DNA of 64,000 nucleotides from Escherichia coli (GTDB lineage Bacteria; Pseudomonadota; Gammaproteobacteria; Enterobacterales; Enterobacteriaceae): NCBI RefSeq assembly GCF_013315695.1, contig NZ_CP054353.1; one strand, 5' to 3'. Shown piece by piece: positions 52,607 to 64,000 of this stretch (position 1 is its first letter; each line of letters starts with the position of its first letter). The notes under the pieces were generated by a model. It saw only the letters and a program-made list of their open reading frames with translations, ran no database searches and was not told where the DNA came from. The position numbers and the translations under genes were made by a program.

Positions 52607-53134
52607 ATGATTTTTCTCATGACGAAAGATTCTTTTCTTTTACAGGGCTTTTGGCAGTTGAAAGATAATCACGAAATGATAAAAATCAATTCCCTGTCAG
52701 AGATCAAAAAAGTAGGCAATAAACCCTTCAAGGTGATCATTGACACCTATCACAACCATATCCTTGATGAAGAAGCGATTAAATTCCTGGAGAAATTAGA
52801 TGCCGAGAGAATTATTGTTTTGGCACCTTATCACATCAGTAAACTAAAAGCTAAAGCGCCTATTTATTTTGTCAGCCGTAAAGAAAGTATCAAAAATCTT
52901 CTTGAGATTACTTATGGTAAACACTTGCCCCATAAGAATTCACAACTATGTTTTTCACATAATCAGTTCAAAATTATGCAACTGATTCTGAAAAACAAAA
53001 ATGAAAGCAATATCACGTCAACGCTCAACATTTCGCAACAAACATTAAAGATTCAGAAATTCAACATTATGTACAAGCTGAAATTAAGACGTATGAGCGA
53101 CATCGTCACCCTGGGTATCACATCTTATTTTTAG
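52607..53134 (+). CDS. gadE: LuxR-family acid-resistance activator GadE
   Basis: 175 aa from MIFLMTKDSFLLQG; C-terminal LuxR HTH; the ORF from 52529 is an extension. Confidence 0.92.
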   Translation: MIFLMTKDSFLLQGFWQLKDNHEMIKINSLSEIKKVGNKPFKVIIDTYHNHILDEEAIKFLEKLDAERIIVLAPYHISKLKAKAPIYFVSRKESIKNLLEITYGKHLPHKNSQLCFSHNQFKIMQLILKNKNESNITSTLNISQQTLKIQKFNIMYKLKLRRMSDIVTLGITSYF

Positions 53135-53472
53135 TAAGGACATAAGCAACTGAAATTGATGGCTGGCATGACGAGGGATGCAGATGCTGATTTCAATACC
53201 CCCGGTGATTATTGAAGGAGAGACGAAAACGACTTTATTCCCCTGGTATGTGTATCCACCAGTAGAACCCTTCGTTGCCCGAATGCTGGCAGAAACTGTT
53301 GGCAGAACGGCAACATTTTTTTTGTCGTTGACCTCACCATGTCGATCATTGTGCTTGCATCCCATCTTACTGGCTGACAACCCCACTATGCCGCTGGTCT
53401 GTAAATCCCTCATATCTCTCCTCGCGCGCAATTTAAAGAACCGTTATTTCTCAAGAATTTTCAGGGACTAAA

Positions 53473-54630
53473 ATGAACAGAAGAAGAAAACTGTTAATAC
53501 CGTTGTTATTCTGCGGCGCGATGCTCACCGCCTGCGATGACAAATCGGCGGAAAACGCCGCCGCCATGACGCCTGAGGTCGGTGTCGTCACACTCTCCCC
53601 CGGTTCGGTCAATGTGTTGAGCGAATTGCCCGGTAGAACCGTTCCTTATGAAGTTGCCGAGATACGTCCCCAGGTGGGCGGTATTATCATTAAACGCAAC
53701 TTTATCGAAGGCGATAAAGTGAACCAGGGCGATTCGCTGTATCAGATTGATCCTGCGCCTTTACAGGCAGAGCTGAACTCCGCCAAAGGTTCGCTGGCGA
53801 AAGCGCTCTCTACCGCCAGCAATGCCCGCATCACCTTTAACCGCCAGGCATCGTTGCTGAAGACCAACTATGTTAGCCGTCAGGATTACGACACCGCGCG
53901 CACCCAGTTGAATGAAGCAGAAGCCAATGTCACCGTCGCCAAAGCGGCTGTTGAACAGGCGACTATCAACCTGCAATACGCAAATGTCACCTCGCCGATT
54001 ACGGGCGTCAGCGGGAAATCGTCGGTGACCGTCGGCGCACTCGTTACCGCTAATCAGGCAGATTCGCTGGTTACCGTACAACGTCTGGACCCGATTTATG
54101 TCGATCTCACGCAGTCGGTGCAGGATTTCTTGCGCATGAAAGAAGAGGTCGCCAGTGGGCAAATCAAACAGGTTCAGGGCAGTACGCCAGTACAGCTCAA
54201 TCTGGAAAATGGTAAACGTTACAGCCAGACCGGCACGCTGAAATTCTCCGACCCGACGGTGGATGAAACCACGGGCTCCGTGACGTTACGGGCGATTTTC
54301 CCCAACCCAAATGGTGACTTGCTGCCTGGTATGTACGTCACGGCATTAGTGGATGAAGGTAGCCGCCAGAATGTATTACTGGTGCCGCAGGAAGGCGTCA
54401 CCCACAACGCCCAGGGTAAAGCAACGGCGCTCATTCTGGATAAAGACGATGTTGTGCAGCTACGCGAAATTGAAGCCAGCAAAGCCATCGGCGACCAGTG
54501 GGTTGTCACCTCTGGCTTGCAGGCCGGCGATCGGGTGATCGTTTCCGGTTTGCAACGCATTCGTCCGGGTATCAAAGCACGAGCAATTTCCTCCAGCCAG
54601 GAAAACGCCAGCACCGAATCGAAACAATAA
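53473..54630 (+). CDS. mdtE: RND efflux membrane fusion lipoprotein MdtE
   Basis: 385 aa; lipoprotein signal (…LFCGAMLTAC). Confidence 0.93.
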   Translation: MNRRRKLLIPLLFCGAMLTACDDKSAENAAAMTPEVGVVTLSPGSVNVLSELPGRTVPYEVAEIRPQVGGIIIKRNFIEGDKVNQGDSLYQIDPAPLQAELNSAKGSLAKALSTASNARITFNRQASLLKTNYVSRQDYDTARTQLNEAEANVTVAKAAVEQATINLQYANVTSPITGVSGKSSVTVGALVTANQADSLVTVQRLDPIYVDLTQSVQDFLRMKEEVASGQIKQVQGSTPVQLNLENGKRYSQTGTLKFSDPTVDETTGSVTLRAIFPNPNGDLLPGMYVTALVDEGSRQNVLLVPQEGVTHNAQGKATALILDKDDVVQLREIEASKAIGDQWVVTSGLQAGDRVIVSGLQRIRPGIKARAISSSQENASTESKQ

Positions 54631-54654
54631 CGTTGCAGGCTTAAGGGGACTTTC

Positions 54655-57600
54655 ATGGCTAACTATTTTATTGATCGCCCGGTTTTTGCCTGGGTACTTG
54701 CCATTATTATGATGCTTGCAGGTGGTCTGGCGATCATGAACTTACCGGTTGCGCAGTATCCGCAGATTGCGCCACCGACCATTACCGTCAGCGCTACCTA
54801 TCCAGGTGCCGATGCGCAAACGGTAGAAGACTCGGTCACTCAGGTGATTGAGCAAAATATGAATGGGCTTGATGGCCTGATGTACATGTCTTCAACCAGT
54901 GATGCGGCGGGTAATGCCTCTATTACTCTGACCTTCGAGACTGGGACATCGCCTGATATCGCACAGGTTCAGGTGCAAAATAAACTGCAACTCGCTATGC
55001 CTTCATTACCTGAAGCGGTGCAGCAGCAGGGGATTAGTGTCGATAAGTCGAGCAGTAATATCCTGATGGTAGCGGCGTTTATTTCTGATAACGGCAGCCT
55101 CAACCAGTACGATATCGCCGACTATGTAGCGTCTAATATCAAAGACCCGCTAAGCCGTACCGCGGGCGTTGGTAGCGTACAGCTCTTTGGTTCCGAGTAC
55201 GCCATGCGTATCTGGCTGGACCCGCAAAAACTCAATAAATATAACCTGGTACCTTCCGATGTTATTTCCCAGATTAAGGTGCAAAACAACCAGATTTCCG
55301 GTGGTCAACTGGGTGGCATGCCACAGGCGGCAGACCAGCAACTGAACGCCTCGATCATTGTGCAGACGCGTCTGCAAACGCCGGAAGAATTTGGCAAAAT
55401 CCTGTTGAAAGTTCAGCAAGATGGTTCGCAAGTGCTGCTGCGTGATGTCGCCCGCGTCGAACTTGGGGCGGAAGATTATTCCACCGTGGCGCGCTATAAC
55501 GGCAAACCTGCTGCCGGGATCGCCATCAAACTGGCTACCGGAGCAAACGCCCTGGATACCTCGCGAGCGGTGAAAGAGGAGCTGAACCGTTTATCAGCCT
55601 ATTTCCCCGCAAGCCTGAAGACGGTTTATCCTTACGACACCACACCGTTTATCAAAATTTCTATTCAGGAAGTTTTCAAAACGCTGGTTGAGGCTATCAT
55701 CCTCGTCTTCCTGGTCATGTATCTGTTTTTGCAGAATTTCCGCGCCACAATCATCCCGACGATTGCCGTACCGGTGGTTATTCTCGGGACGTTTGCGATC
55801 TTGTCGGCGGTCGGTTTCACCATCAACACGTTAACTATGTTCGGGATGGTGCTGGCGATAGGGTTACTGGTGGATGACGCCATCGTGGTGGTGGAGAACG
55901 TCGAGCGTGTCATTGCGGAAGATAAGCTACCGCCGAAGGAAGCGACGCATAAATCGATGGGGCAGATCCAACGTGCGCTGGTCGGGATTGCCGTTGTTCT
56001 TTCCGCAGTGTTTATGCCGATGGCCTTTATGAGCGGTGCGACCGGGGAGATCTACCGCCAGTTCTCCATCACGCTGATCTCCTCCATGCTGCTTTCAGTA
56101 TTTGTAGCAATGAGCCTGACCCCTGCCCTGTGCGCCACCATTCTGAAAGCCGCGCCGGAAGGCGGTCATAAACCTAACGCCCTGTTCGCACGCTTCAACA
56201 CGCTGTTTGAAAAATCAACTCAGCACTATACCGATAGCACCCGCTCGCTGTTGCGTTGTACCGGTCGCTACATGGTGGTCTACCTCCTGATTTGCGCCGG
56301 GATGGCGGTGCTGTTCCTGCGCACGCCGACCTCTTTCTTACCAGAAGAGGATCAGGGGGTATTTATGACCACCGCGCAGTTACCTTCCGGTGCCACCATG
56401 GTTAACACCACGAAAGTGCTACAACAGGTGACGGATTATTATCTGACAAAAGAGAAAAATAATGTTCAGTCGGTGTTTACCGTTGGTGGCTTTGGCTTCA
56501 GTGGTCAGGGGCAAAACAACGGTCTGGCGTTTATCAGCCTCAAGCCGTGGTCTGAACGTGTCGGCGAGGAAAACTCGGTTACCGCGATTATTCAGCGGGC
56601 AATGATTGCGCTAAGCAGTATCAATAAAGCCGTCGTCTTCCCGTTCAACTTACCCGCGGTGGCTGAACTGGGTACCGCGTCAGGTTTTGATATGGAACTG
56701 CTGGACAACGGCAACCTGGGGCACGAAAAACTGACCCAGGCGCGAAACGAGCTGTTATCACTGGCAGCGCAATCACCGAATCAGGTCATCGGGGTACGCC
56801 CGAACGGCCTGGAAGATACGCCGATGTTCAAAGTGAACGTCAACGCTGCGAAAGCCGAGGCTATGGGTGTGGCGCTGTCTGATATCAACCAGACAATTTC
56901 CACCGCCTTCGGCAGCAGCTACGTGAACGACTTCCTCAACCAGGGGCGGGTGAAAAAAGTGTATGTCCAGGCAGGCACGCCGTTCCGTATGTTGCCGGAT
57001 AACATCAACCAATGGTATGTACGCAACGCCTCTGGCACGATGGCACCGCTTTCTGCCTATTCGTCTACCGAATGGACCTATGGTTCACCGCGACTGGAAC
57101 GCTACAACGGCATCCCGTCAATGGAGATTTTAGGTGAAGCGGCGGCCGGGAAAAGTACCGGTGACGCCATGAAATTTATGGCAGACCTGGTCGCTAAACT
57201 TCCGGCAGGCGTCGGCTACTCATGGACCGGACTGTCGTATCAGGAAGCGTTATCCTCAAATCAGGCTCCCGCGCTGTATGCCATTTCACTGGTCGTGGTG
57301 TTCCTCGCCCTCGCCGCACTTTATGAGAGCTGGTCAATTCCGTTCTCGGTGATGTTGGTTGTACCGTTAGGCGTCGTTGGCGCATTACTGGCCACCGATC
57401 TACGCGGCTTAAGTAATGACGTCTACTTCCAGGTTGGTTTGCTGACCACCATCGGGCTTTCCGCCAAAAACGCCATCCTGATTGTCGAATTTGCCGTTGA
57501 GATGATGCAGAAAGAAGGGAAAACGCCGATAGAGGCGATCATCGAAGCGGCGCGAATGCGTTTACGCCCAATCCTGATGACCTCTCTGGCCTTTATTCTC

Positions 57601-57768
57601 GGCGTGCTGCCGCTGGTTATCAGTCATGGTGCCGGTTCTGGCGCGCAAAACGCGGTAGGTACCGGCGTAATGGGCGGGATGTTTGCCGCAACAGTGCTGG
57701 CAATTTACTTTGTTCCGGTCTTTTTCGTTGTAGTGGAACATCTCTTTGCCCGCTTTAAAAAAGCGTAA
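54655..57768 (+). CDS. mdtF: RND multidrug efflux transporter MdtF
   Basis: 1037 aa; 12-TM RND AcrB-type. Confidence 0.95.
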   Translation: MANYFIDRPVFAWVLAIIMMLAGGLAIMNLPVAQYPQIAPPTITVSATYPGADAQTVEDSVTQVIEQNMNGLDGLMYMSSTSDAAGNASITLTFETGTSPDIAQVQVQNKLQLAMPSLPEAVQQQGISVDKSSSNILMVAAFISDNGSLNQYDIADYVASNIKDPLSRTAGVGSVQLFGSEYAMRIWLDPQKLNKYNLVPSDVISQIKVQNNQISGGQLGGMPQAADQQLNASIIVQTRLQTPEEFGKILLKVQQDGSQVLLRDVARVELGAEDYSTVARYNGKPAAGIAIKLATGANALDTSRAVKEELNRLSAYFPASLKTVYPYDTTPFIKISIQEVFKTLVEAIILVFLVMYLFLQNFRATIIPTIAVPVVILGTFAILSAVGFTINTLTMFGMVLAIGLLVDDAIVVVENVERVIAEDKLPPKEATHKSMGQIQRALVGIAVVLSAVFMPMAFMSGATGEIYRQFSITLISSMLLSVFVAMSLTPALCATILKAAPEGGHKPNALFARFNTLFEKSTQHYTDSTRSLLRCTGRYMVVYLLICAGMAVLFLRTPTSFLPEEDQGVFMTTAQLPSGATMVNTTKVLQQVTDYYLTKEKNNVQSVFTVGGFGFSGQGQNNGLAFISLKPWSERVGEENSVTAIIQRAMIALSSINKAVVFPFNLPAVAELGTASGFDMELLDNGNLGHEKLTQARNELLSLAAQSPNQVIGVRPNGLEDTPMFKVNVNAAKAEAMGVALSDINQTISTAFGSSYVNDFLNQGRVKKVYVQAGTPFRMLPDNINQWYVRNASGTMAPLSAYSSTEWTYGSPRLERYNGIPSMEILGEAAAGKSTGDAMKFMADLVAKLPAGVGYSWTGLSYQEALSSNQAPALYAISLVVVFLALAALYESWSIPFSVMLVVPLGVVGALLATDLRGLSNDVYFQVGLLTTIGLSAKNAILIVEFAVEMMQKEGKTPIEAIIEAARMRLRPILMTSLAFILGVLPLVISHGAGSGAQNAVGTGVMGGMFAATVLAIYFVPVFFVVVEHLFARFKKA

Positions 57769-57790
57769 CGTGTAAATGAGAGTAAGGTTG

Positions 57791-57822
57791 AACGTGAAGG
57801 TTCAGCCTTACTCTTTCCTGCT
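57791..57822 (+). terminator. Probable terminator after mdtF
   Basis: Imperfect hairpin agtaaggttgaac / gttcagccttact directly after the stop codon. Confidence 0.4.
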
Positions 57823-58130
57823 AACCATTCACCATTCAACAACCAGCTAACCGTCAGGAATACCAGGCTTAGTACACAGCACTGAAAGTAGAAACCACTC
57901 CAGCCATTCGTCATCAATTTGAACAGCACAATACTGACCCACATTCCCGTAATCGTATGAATTGTCAGCTTAATAATCCCAAACATGCCGAGTCTTTTCC
58001 TCCTGAAAATACCTATACCGCCTGGCAAACTGCGAAAGAGAATTAGCCGGTAGCCCGGCAGAAATCATCAGGGAAGAGTTTCACATGAAGCAGGTGTGAG
58101 ATCCTGACCAATATTCAAATGCAAAATATG

Positions 58131-58859
58131 TCAGGAAAAGGTACCTGGCGAATGTTGCGCAAACTGATGTGGCGTTACACCATAATATTGTCGAAATGTG
58201 TTTATAAAGTACGACGTACTGCTATATCCACATTTTTCCGCAATAGTATGCAGAGGAATTTGACGTAACTCGAGTAATCGTCTGGCCATCGACATCCTGG
58301 AGGCGAGTAATATTTTACTGAAACAGGTATTTTCATCCTGCAACTTTTTTTTGATGAGACTCTCGCTGGTATACATTCTTTCTGCGATATCGCGCAGATA
58401 CCAACGTTTGGCGATATCAAAGCTAATAAGGCGTTCAACTTTTCCTGAAACAGTACTGATACTATTGAAAAGTAAGGGGATCAGTTCTTTCTTATGAGAA
58501 AACATTGATAAACAGGAAAGGTAGAGCATTTTGCTCAGTATCGGCGAATTGACCCGGGGGTCATTGAAACTATCAAAAATCGCCGTCACCAGCGGCATGG
58601 GGGGTGACTGGTTAATTAACAGACGGTCTTTGCTATGTAACCCTAAATTGCGTGGTATCTGACGAATATTTTGTAAGTAATGGCAAACTGTCAGCTCATC
58701 GATATCCAGTCGTCGCGTATCCGGTGAACAAAACGCAAAATCGTCTGCCAAATTTTTATCCAGCAGCAGGATACTCTCGTTGTGCAACGATATTTTTTGC
58801 TGTTCATGATAAATATCGAATGAACGACGAACGAGGATCACCGAGCAGACATGAGTCAT
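58131..58859 (-). CDS. gadW: AraC-family regulator GadW
   Basis: 242 aa; C-terminal AraC HTH. Confidence 0.92.
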   Translation of the reverse strand: MTHVCSVILVRRSFDIYHEQQKISLHNESILLLDKNLADDFAFCSPDTRRLDIDELTVCHYLQNIRQIPRNLGLHSKDRLLINQSPPMPLVTAIFDSFNDPRVNSPILSKMLYLSCLSMFSHKKELIPLLFNSISTVSGKVERLISFDIAKRWYLRDIAERMYTSESLIKKKLQDENTCFSKILLASRMSMARRLLELRQIPLHTIAEKCGYSSTSYFINTFRQYYGVTPHQFAQHSPGTFS

Positions 58860-59107
58860 GACTATCCCTTATATTTCATTACTGCGATTATTTCAATTTC
58901 AGTATACTAATGAAATGATGCCAGACTGTTTCTTAGCGCAAAAACTGCCAGATTTGGTAGGACCAAAATTTATCCACAAAGTAGTTTTGCATAACAGTTA
59001 ATTGACAATAAGTAAATGCAACACGAATATATTTTCGCACAGCGTATAGCTTATGTTTATAAAAAAATGGCTGATCTTATTTCCAGTAAAAGTTATATTT
59101 AACTTAC

Positions 59108-59213
59108 TGAGAGCACAAAGTTTCCCGTGCCAACAGGGAGTGTTATAACGGTTTATTAGTCTGGAGACGGCAGACTATCCTCTTCCCGGTCCCCTATGCC
59201 GGGTTTTTTTTAT
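59108..59213 (+). ncRNA. gadY: GadY small RNA (antisense to the gadX 3' end)
   Basis: The + strand intrinsic terminator cccggtcccctatgccggg-T8 ends about 15 bp before the gadX stop; position matches gadY. The 5' end is approximate. Confidence 0.55.
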
Positions 59214-59227
59214 GTCTGAGTAAAACT

Positions 59228-60052
59228 CTATAATCTTATTCCTTCCGCAGAACGGTCAGTGCCGTAAAAATTCCCTTGCGCAGCTATACTTGCCGCCGGG
59301 CCACAGTTCGGTAATTCCTGCGCCGATCGCTCCTGATACTCTGTGGGCGTCATCCCATAATAATTTCGAAAAACGTAAATGAAATACGACACGCTGTGAT
59401 ATCCACAGGATACTGCAACTCGCTTAATTGAAACCCCATATATAACAATAAGTTGTAAAGCACGCTGCATCCTACACTCAGTAAGCAACTGTGAATATGA
59501 CGTACCTTCTTCGCGCAATTTTTTCTTTAACAGGCTTGGACTCATCAACAATTCGCTAGCAATTCGGGCTAATGTCCACTCATGGGCGATATTATTATTG
59601 ATGACCGTACAAACTCGTGTTCGCATATTCGGTTGCAACACGTTCAGAAGTAACGGTATAAACTGCGTATCCTCAAGAAAAACAGATAACAACGCAAAGA
59701 TTAATGCCCTTTTACGTAGCATTTCTGCATAGCGAAGATTCTTATTCTGCGATAGTTGCGCAACTTCCTGAAAAACAGGAATATCTCTGGTACAGTGATG
59801 AACGAGTAATGAAGGAACTTTTTTATGTGCATGAAGTTTTAATGCCTCCTCCTTGAGCATCGGGAGAAATAATGAAAGCGTGTCTCTTGAAACTAATACG
59901 AAATTCTCAACACACTTATCCACTTGAATTTGGCTTGCATCCGCAAAAACCAGATCACCGCCATTAAAATAGCGATATTCACCATTAACCATGGTGAGAA
60001 TATATTTATGTCTTGCGTACGCAATTAGACAATTACCATGTAGTGGTTGCAT
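59228..60052 (-). CDS. gadX: AraC-family regulator GadX
   Basis: 274 aa; AraC HTH. Confidence 0.93.
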   Translation of the reverse strand: MQPLHGNCLIAYARHKYILTMVNGEYRYFNGGDLVFADASQIQVDKCVENFVLVSRDTLSLFLPMLKEEALKLHAHKKVPSLLVHHCTRDIPVFQEVAQLSQNKNLRYAEMLRKRALIFALLSVFLEDTQFIPLLLNVLQPNMRTRVCTVINNNIAHEWTLARIASELLMSPSLLKKKLREEGTSYSQLLTECRMQRALQLIVIYGVSIKRVAVSCGYHSVSYFIYVFRNYYGMTPTEYQERSAQELPNCGPAASIAAQGNFYGTDRSAEGIRL

Positions 60053-60411
60053 AGTTGACTTAATATTACATAAACATATTACTGTTTATTAATGTAGCAC
60101 GCCGCCCTCTTAAGTCAAATTGATTGATAAATAAATTTAAACGACGCGGGAAAACAGGATGATAATCTACGGGCAGGATGACTGGATTTATAATACAAAA
60201 GGCGTGCTTAAGAACGCAGTAAAATTAATAGTAAGCAAATAATCCCTTGTAGTGACATTAAGAATATCCGTTACATTGAATAAACATTCATATAACATAT
60301 ATCTTATCAACACGATGAATAGACAGCCAATATATTATTGCGATTAATAAGCAACCGAATGCCCAACTGTTTTTTAAAGGTTGGGCATTCGGTTTTTACA
60401 ACGTTATGTTA

Positions 60412-61812
<1,401 letters not shown>

Positions 61813-61891
61813 TTCGAACTCCTTAAATTTATTTGAAGGCAATAAAAAATTAGGATTTATCCGCAATGGAAGCAAGGTATTACAGGCTTAA

Positions 61892-61911
61892 TTTAAATAA
61901 CAAAATCCTAA
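61892..61911 (-). promoter_or_regulatory. GAD box (GadX/GadW/GadE binding site) in the gadA promoter
   Basis: Reverse complement reads TTAGGATTTTGTTATTTAAA, the 20-bp GAD box, about 60-80 bp upstream of the gadA start. Confidence 0.7.
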
Positions 61912-62022
61912 GCATAAAAACGACTTTTTATAATATAAACATTTAACATGATAATATTAAAAACAGACTTTATTATCGTAATAAAAATCGCCCAAACATT
62001 CCTGTTCGGGCGATTAAATTAA

Positions 62023-63420
62023 TTATTGTTTATCCTGCATATACGGCGTGTAAACCCCGTTCAGACTGTGCAGGAAAGCTACGATATCATCCACATCCTC
62101 CTGCGGCAGCTCTTTGCCTACCTGATAGCGCAGCATCAGTTTCACCGCCCCGTCCAGCGTCGGCACGTCACCGCGATGGAAGTACGGTGCCGTTAAAGCA
62201 ACGTTACGTAAACCGGGTACTTTCTGACGCAATTTATCACGCTCTTCTTTAGTAACATTCATACGACCAATATCCGCCGCCGTAATTTCACCAAAGTTAA
62301 AGTCTTTTTTCAGCCCCAACGGTTCGAAGGAACGTCCGCCGAGAATAATACCACCATGACAAGTTGCACATTTATTATCTTTAAATAATTGATAGCCTTT
62401 TTTCTGTTGTGCCGTCAGCGCATTCTCATCTCCACGCAACCATTTATCAAATGGGGAATCCGGCGTAATTAATGTTTTTTCAAATTCAGCAATGGCATCA
62501 GTAATATTTTCACCGCTGAAACCTTGCGGATAGACTTCGAGGAACTGCGCTTTAAGCTGCGGATCTTTTTCCAGCTTAGCAATAATTTCGTCCCAGGATT
62601 TCGACGCCATTTCAATCGGGTTCAACGGCGGTCCACCAGCCTGATCCTGCAATGTTGCCGCACGACCATCCCAGAACTGCTCAACGTTAAATACTGAGTT
62701 AAATACCGTCGGCGCGTTAATCGGCCCAACTGCGCCACCAACACCAATCGATGTTTTTCTGCCATCGACGCCCCCCGCATTCAACGCATGGCAATGAGCG
62801 CATGAAATGGTGCTATCAGCCGATAAACGGGGATCGTGATACAGCGCAAAGCCCAACGCCACTTTTTGCGCATCGGTAGGCAGTTTTTGCGGGATGGGCT
62901 GCACCGGTTCATTACGATGATCCGGTGCAGTATCATTACTGGCGTAATATTCTGCGCGTTGTTTTGCAATCCAGGCGAGTATTTCCGCCCGCTCTTCATC
63001 ACTCACCTTACCCGCCCAGTGTAGCGCGGTATAACGCGTTGGTGGCATGGTTTCATACTGCATTACCCATTCAATCTTATTCAGATCGCTTTGCGAAACG
63101 GGTTTATCAGCCAGCAGAGCCGCACGCACGGCCTCGAGGTTAAAAGATTTATATCCAAGCTTAATGTCGTAATCCATCAACTGTTTCGCGCCAGGAATAT
63201 AATAATAGGCGGGTAATTCTGCCGAAGGCGTATGGCAATAGTCGCATCCTTTTTCGCGAAGAAAACCTAAAACCTGATTATTTTCACTGACAGCAGATGC
63301 CTGAACATCGGCCTGTTTACTGCGTTTATTATCGTGGTACCACACATAACCAGATAACCCTAAATAGCAAATCGCGACGCCAGCCAGGCCGATCGCGGTA
63401 ATACGTGAGACCATTTTCAT
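62023..63420 (-). CDS. yhjA: Cytochrome c peroxidase YhjA (Ccp)
   Basis: 465 aa; three CxxCH heme-binding motifs (CDYCH, CAHCH, CATCH). Confidence 0.92.
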   Translation of the reverse strand: MKMVSRITAIGLAGVAICYLGLSGYVWYHDNKRSKQADVQASAVSENNQVLGFLREKGCDYCHTPSAELPAYYYIPGAKQLMDYDIKLGYKSFNLEAVRAALLADKPVSQSDLNKIEWVMQYETMPPTRYTALHWAGKVSDEERAEILAWIAKQRAEYYASNDTAPDHRNEPVQPIPQKLPTDAQKVALGFALYHDPRLSADSTISCAHCHALNAGGVDGRKTSIGVGGAVGPINAPTVFNSVFNVEQFWDGRAATLQDQAGGPPLNPIEMASKSWDEIIAKLEKDPQLKAQFLEVYPQGFSGENITDAIAEFEKTLITPDSPFDKWLRGDENALTAQQKKGYQLFKDNKCATCHGGIILGGRSFEPLGLKKDFNFGEITAADIGRMNVTKEERDKLRQKVPGLRNVALTAPYFHRGDVPTLDGAVKLMLRYQVGKELPQEDVDDIVAFLHSLNGVYTPYMQDKQ

Positions 63421-63824
63421 TATTCTTCCCTCACGGTGGTGAGTTATTGTGACCCAGAAAATTTTCCAGAATGCTGCAAACGTCTCTGCGAGACAAAGCC
63501 ATCATAAAAAACAGTGAGATACGCTTTTTGATAGGAATCAATCAATTACATGAATATAAACTATCAATAAGATAGCCTGTGCCTATTACCCAGATCAGGA
63601 ATGGCATATCATGATTGCGGCGAGAGCAGGATTGAATGTTCTGAAAATGAAAAACAACACGAAATCCGTATTTTTATAAATTCCATGGATATTAGTGCGT
63701 TATATTTTTTGGCAGGTTAATAAACGTGATCCACCGCACGCTTTGTCGCCCACCAGGCGGAGCGAATGACTACCCTTAAAGAAAAGCCCGATAATTAGCG
63801 ACGAATTTCGGAGGTCGGATCCTT

Positions 63825-64000
63825 ATGCTCAATCAGAAAATTCAAAACCCTAATCCAGACGAACTGATGATCGAGGTCGATCTCTGCTATGAGCTGGACC
63901 CGTATGAATTAAAACTGGATGAGATGATCGAGGCAGAACCGGAACCCGAGATGATTGAAGGGCTGCCCGCCTCTGATGCGCTGACGCCTGCCGATCGCTA
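63825..64000 (+). CDS. treF: Cytoplasmic trehalase TreF (5' partial, continues beyond the window)
   Basis: Begins [29 protein letters not shown], matching the TreF N-terminus; truncated by the window end. Confidence 0.85.

Overview
This window reads as an Escherichia coli / Shigella chromosomal segment matching the K-12 yhhJ-rbbA-yhiI ... pitA-uspBA-dtpB-rsmJ-prlC-rlmJ-gor-dinQ-arsRBC ... slp-dctR-hdeBAD-gadE-mdtEF-gadWXA-yhjA-treF region (the acid fitness island and its flanks). All gene identities come from reading the supplied ORF translations and recalling the families; no database search was run. Compared with the K-12 order as I remember it, there are several accessory insertions: (1) a class II aldolase plus a HicA/HicB-like toxin-antitoxin pair at the 5' edge; (2) two AT-rich tandem paralogs (yhiJ and an intact yhiL, DUF4049) that carry the four signature motifs of PPP-family metallophosphatases; (3) an ~8.7 kb polyol-type PTS catabolic island between dtpB and rsmJ; (4) a divergent ArsR-family regulator plus ArsP-like permease (TPFCSCS motif) downstream of arsRBC, followed by two direct IS1 copies that split an ORF; (5) the chu/shu heme-uptake locus inserted between dctR and yhiD, with Fur boxes. 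The most plausible candidates for an uncharacterised system are the yhiJ/yhiL phosphatase-like pair, the ArsR2-ArsP module and the polyol PTS island; none can be assigned a function from sequence alone. No tRNA, rRNA or CRISPR array was found.
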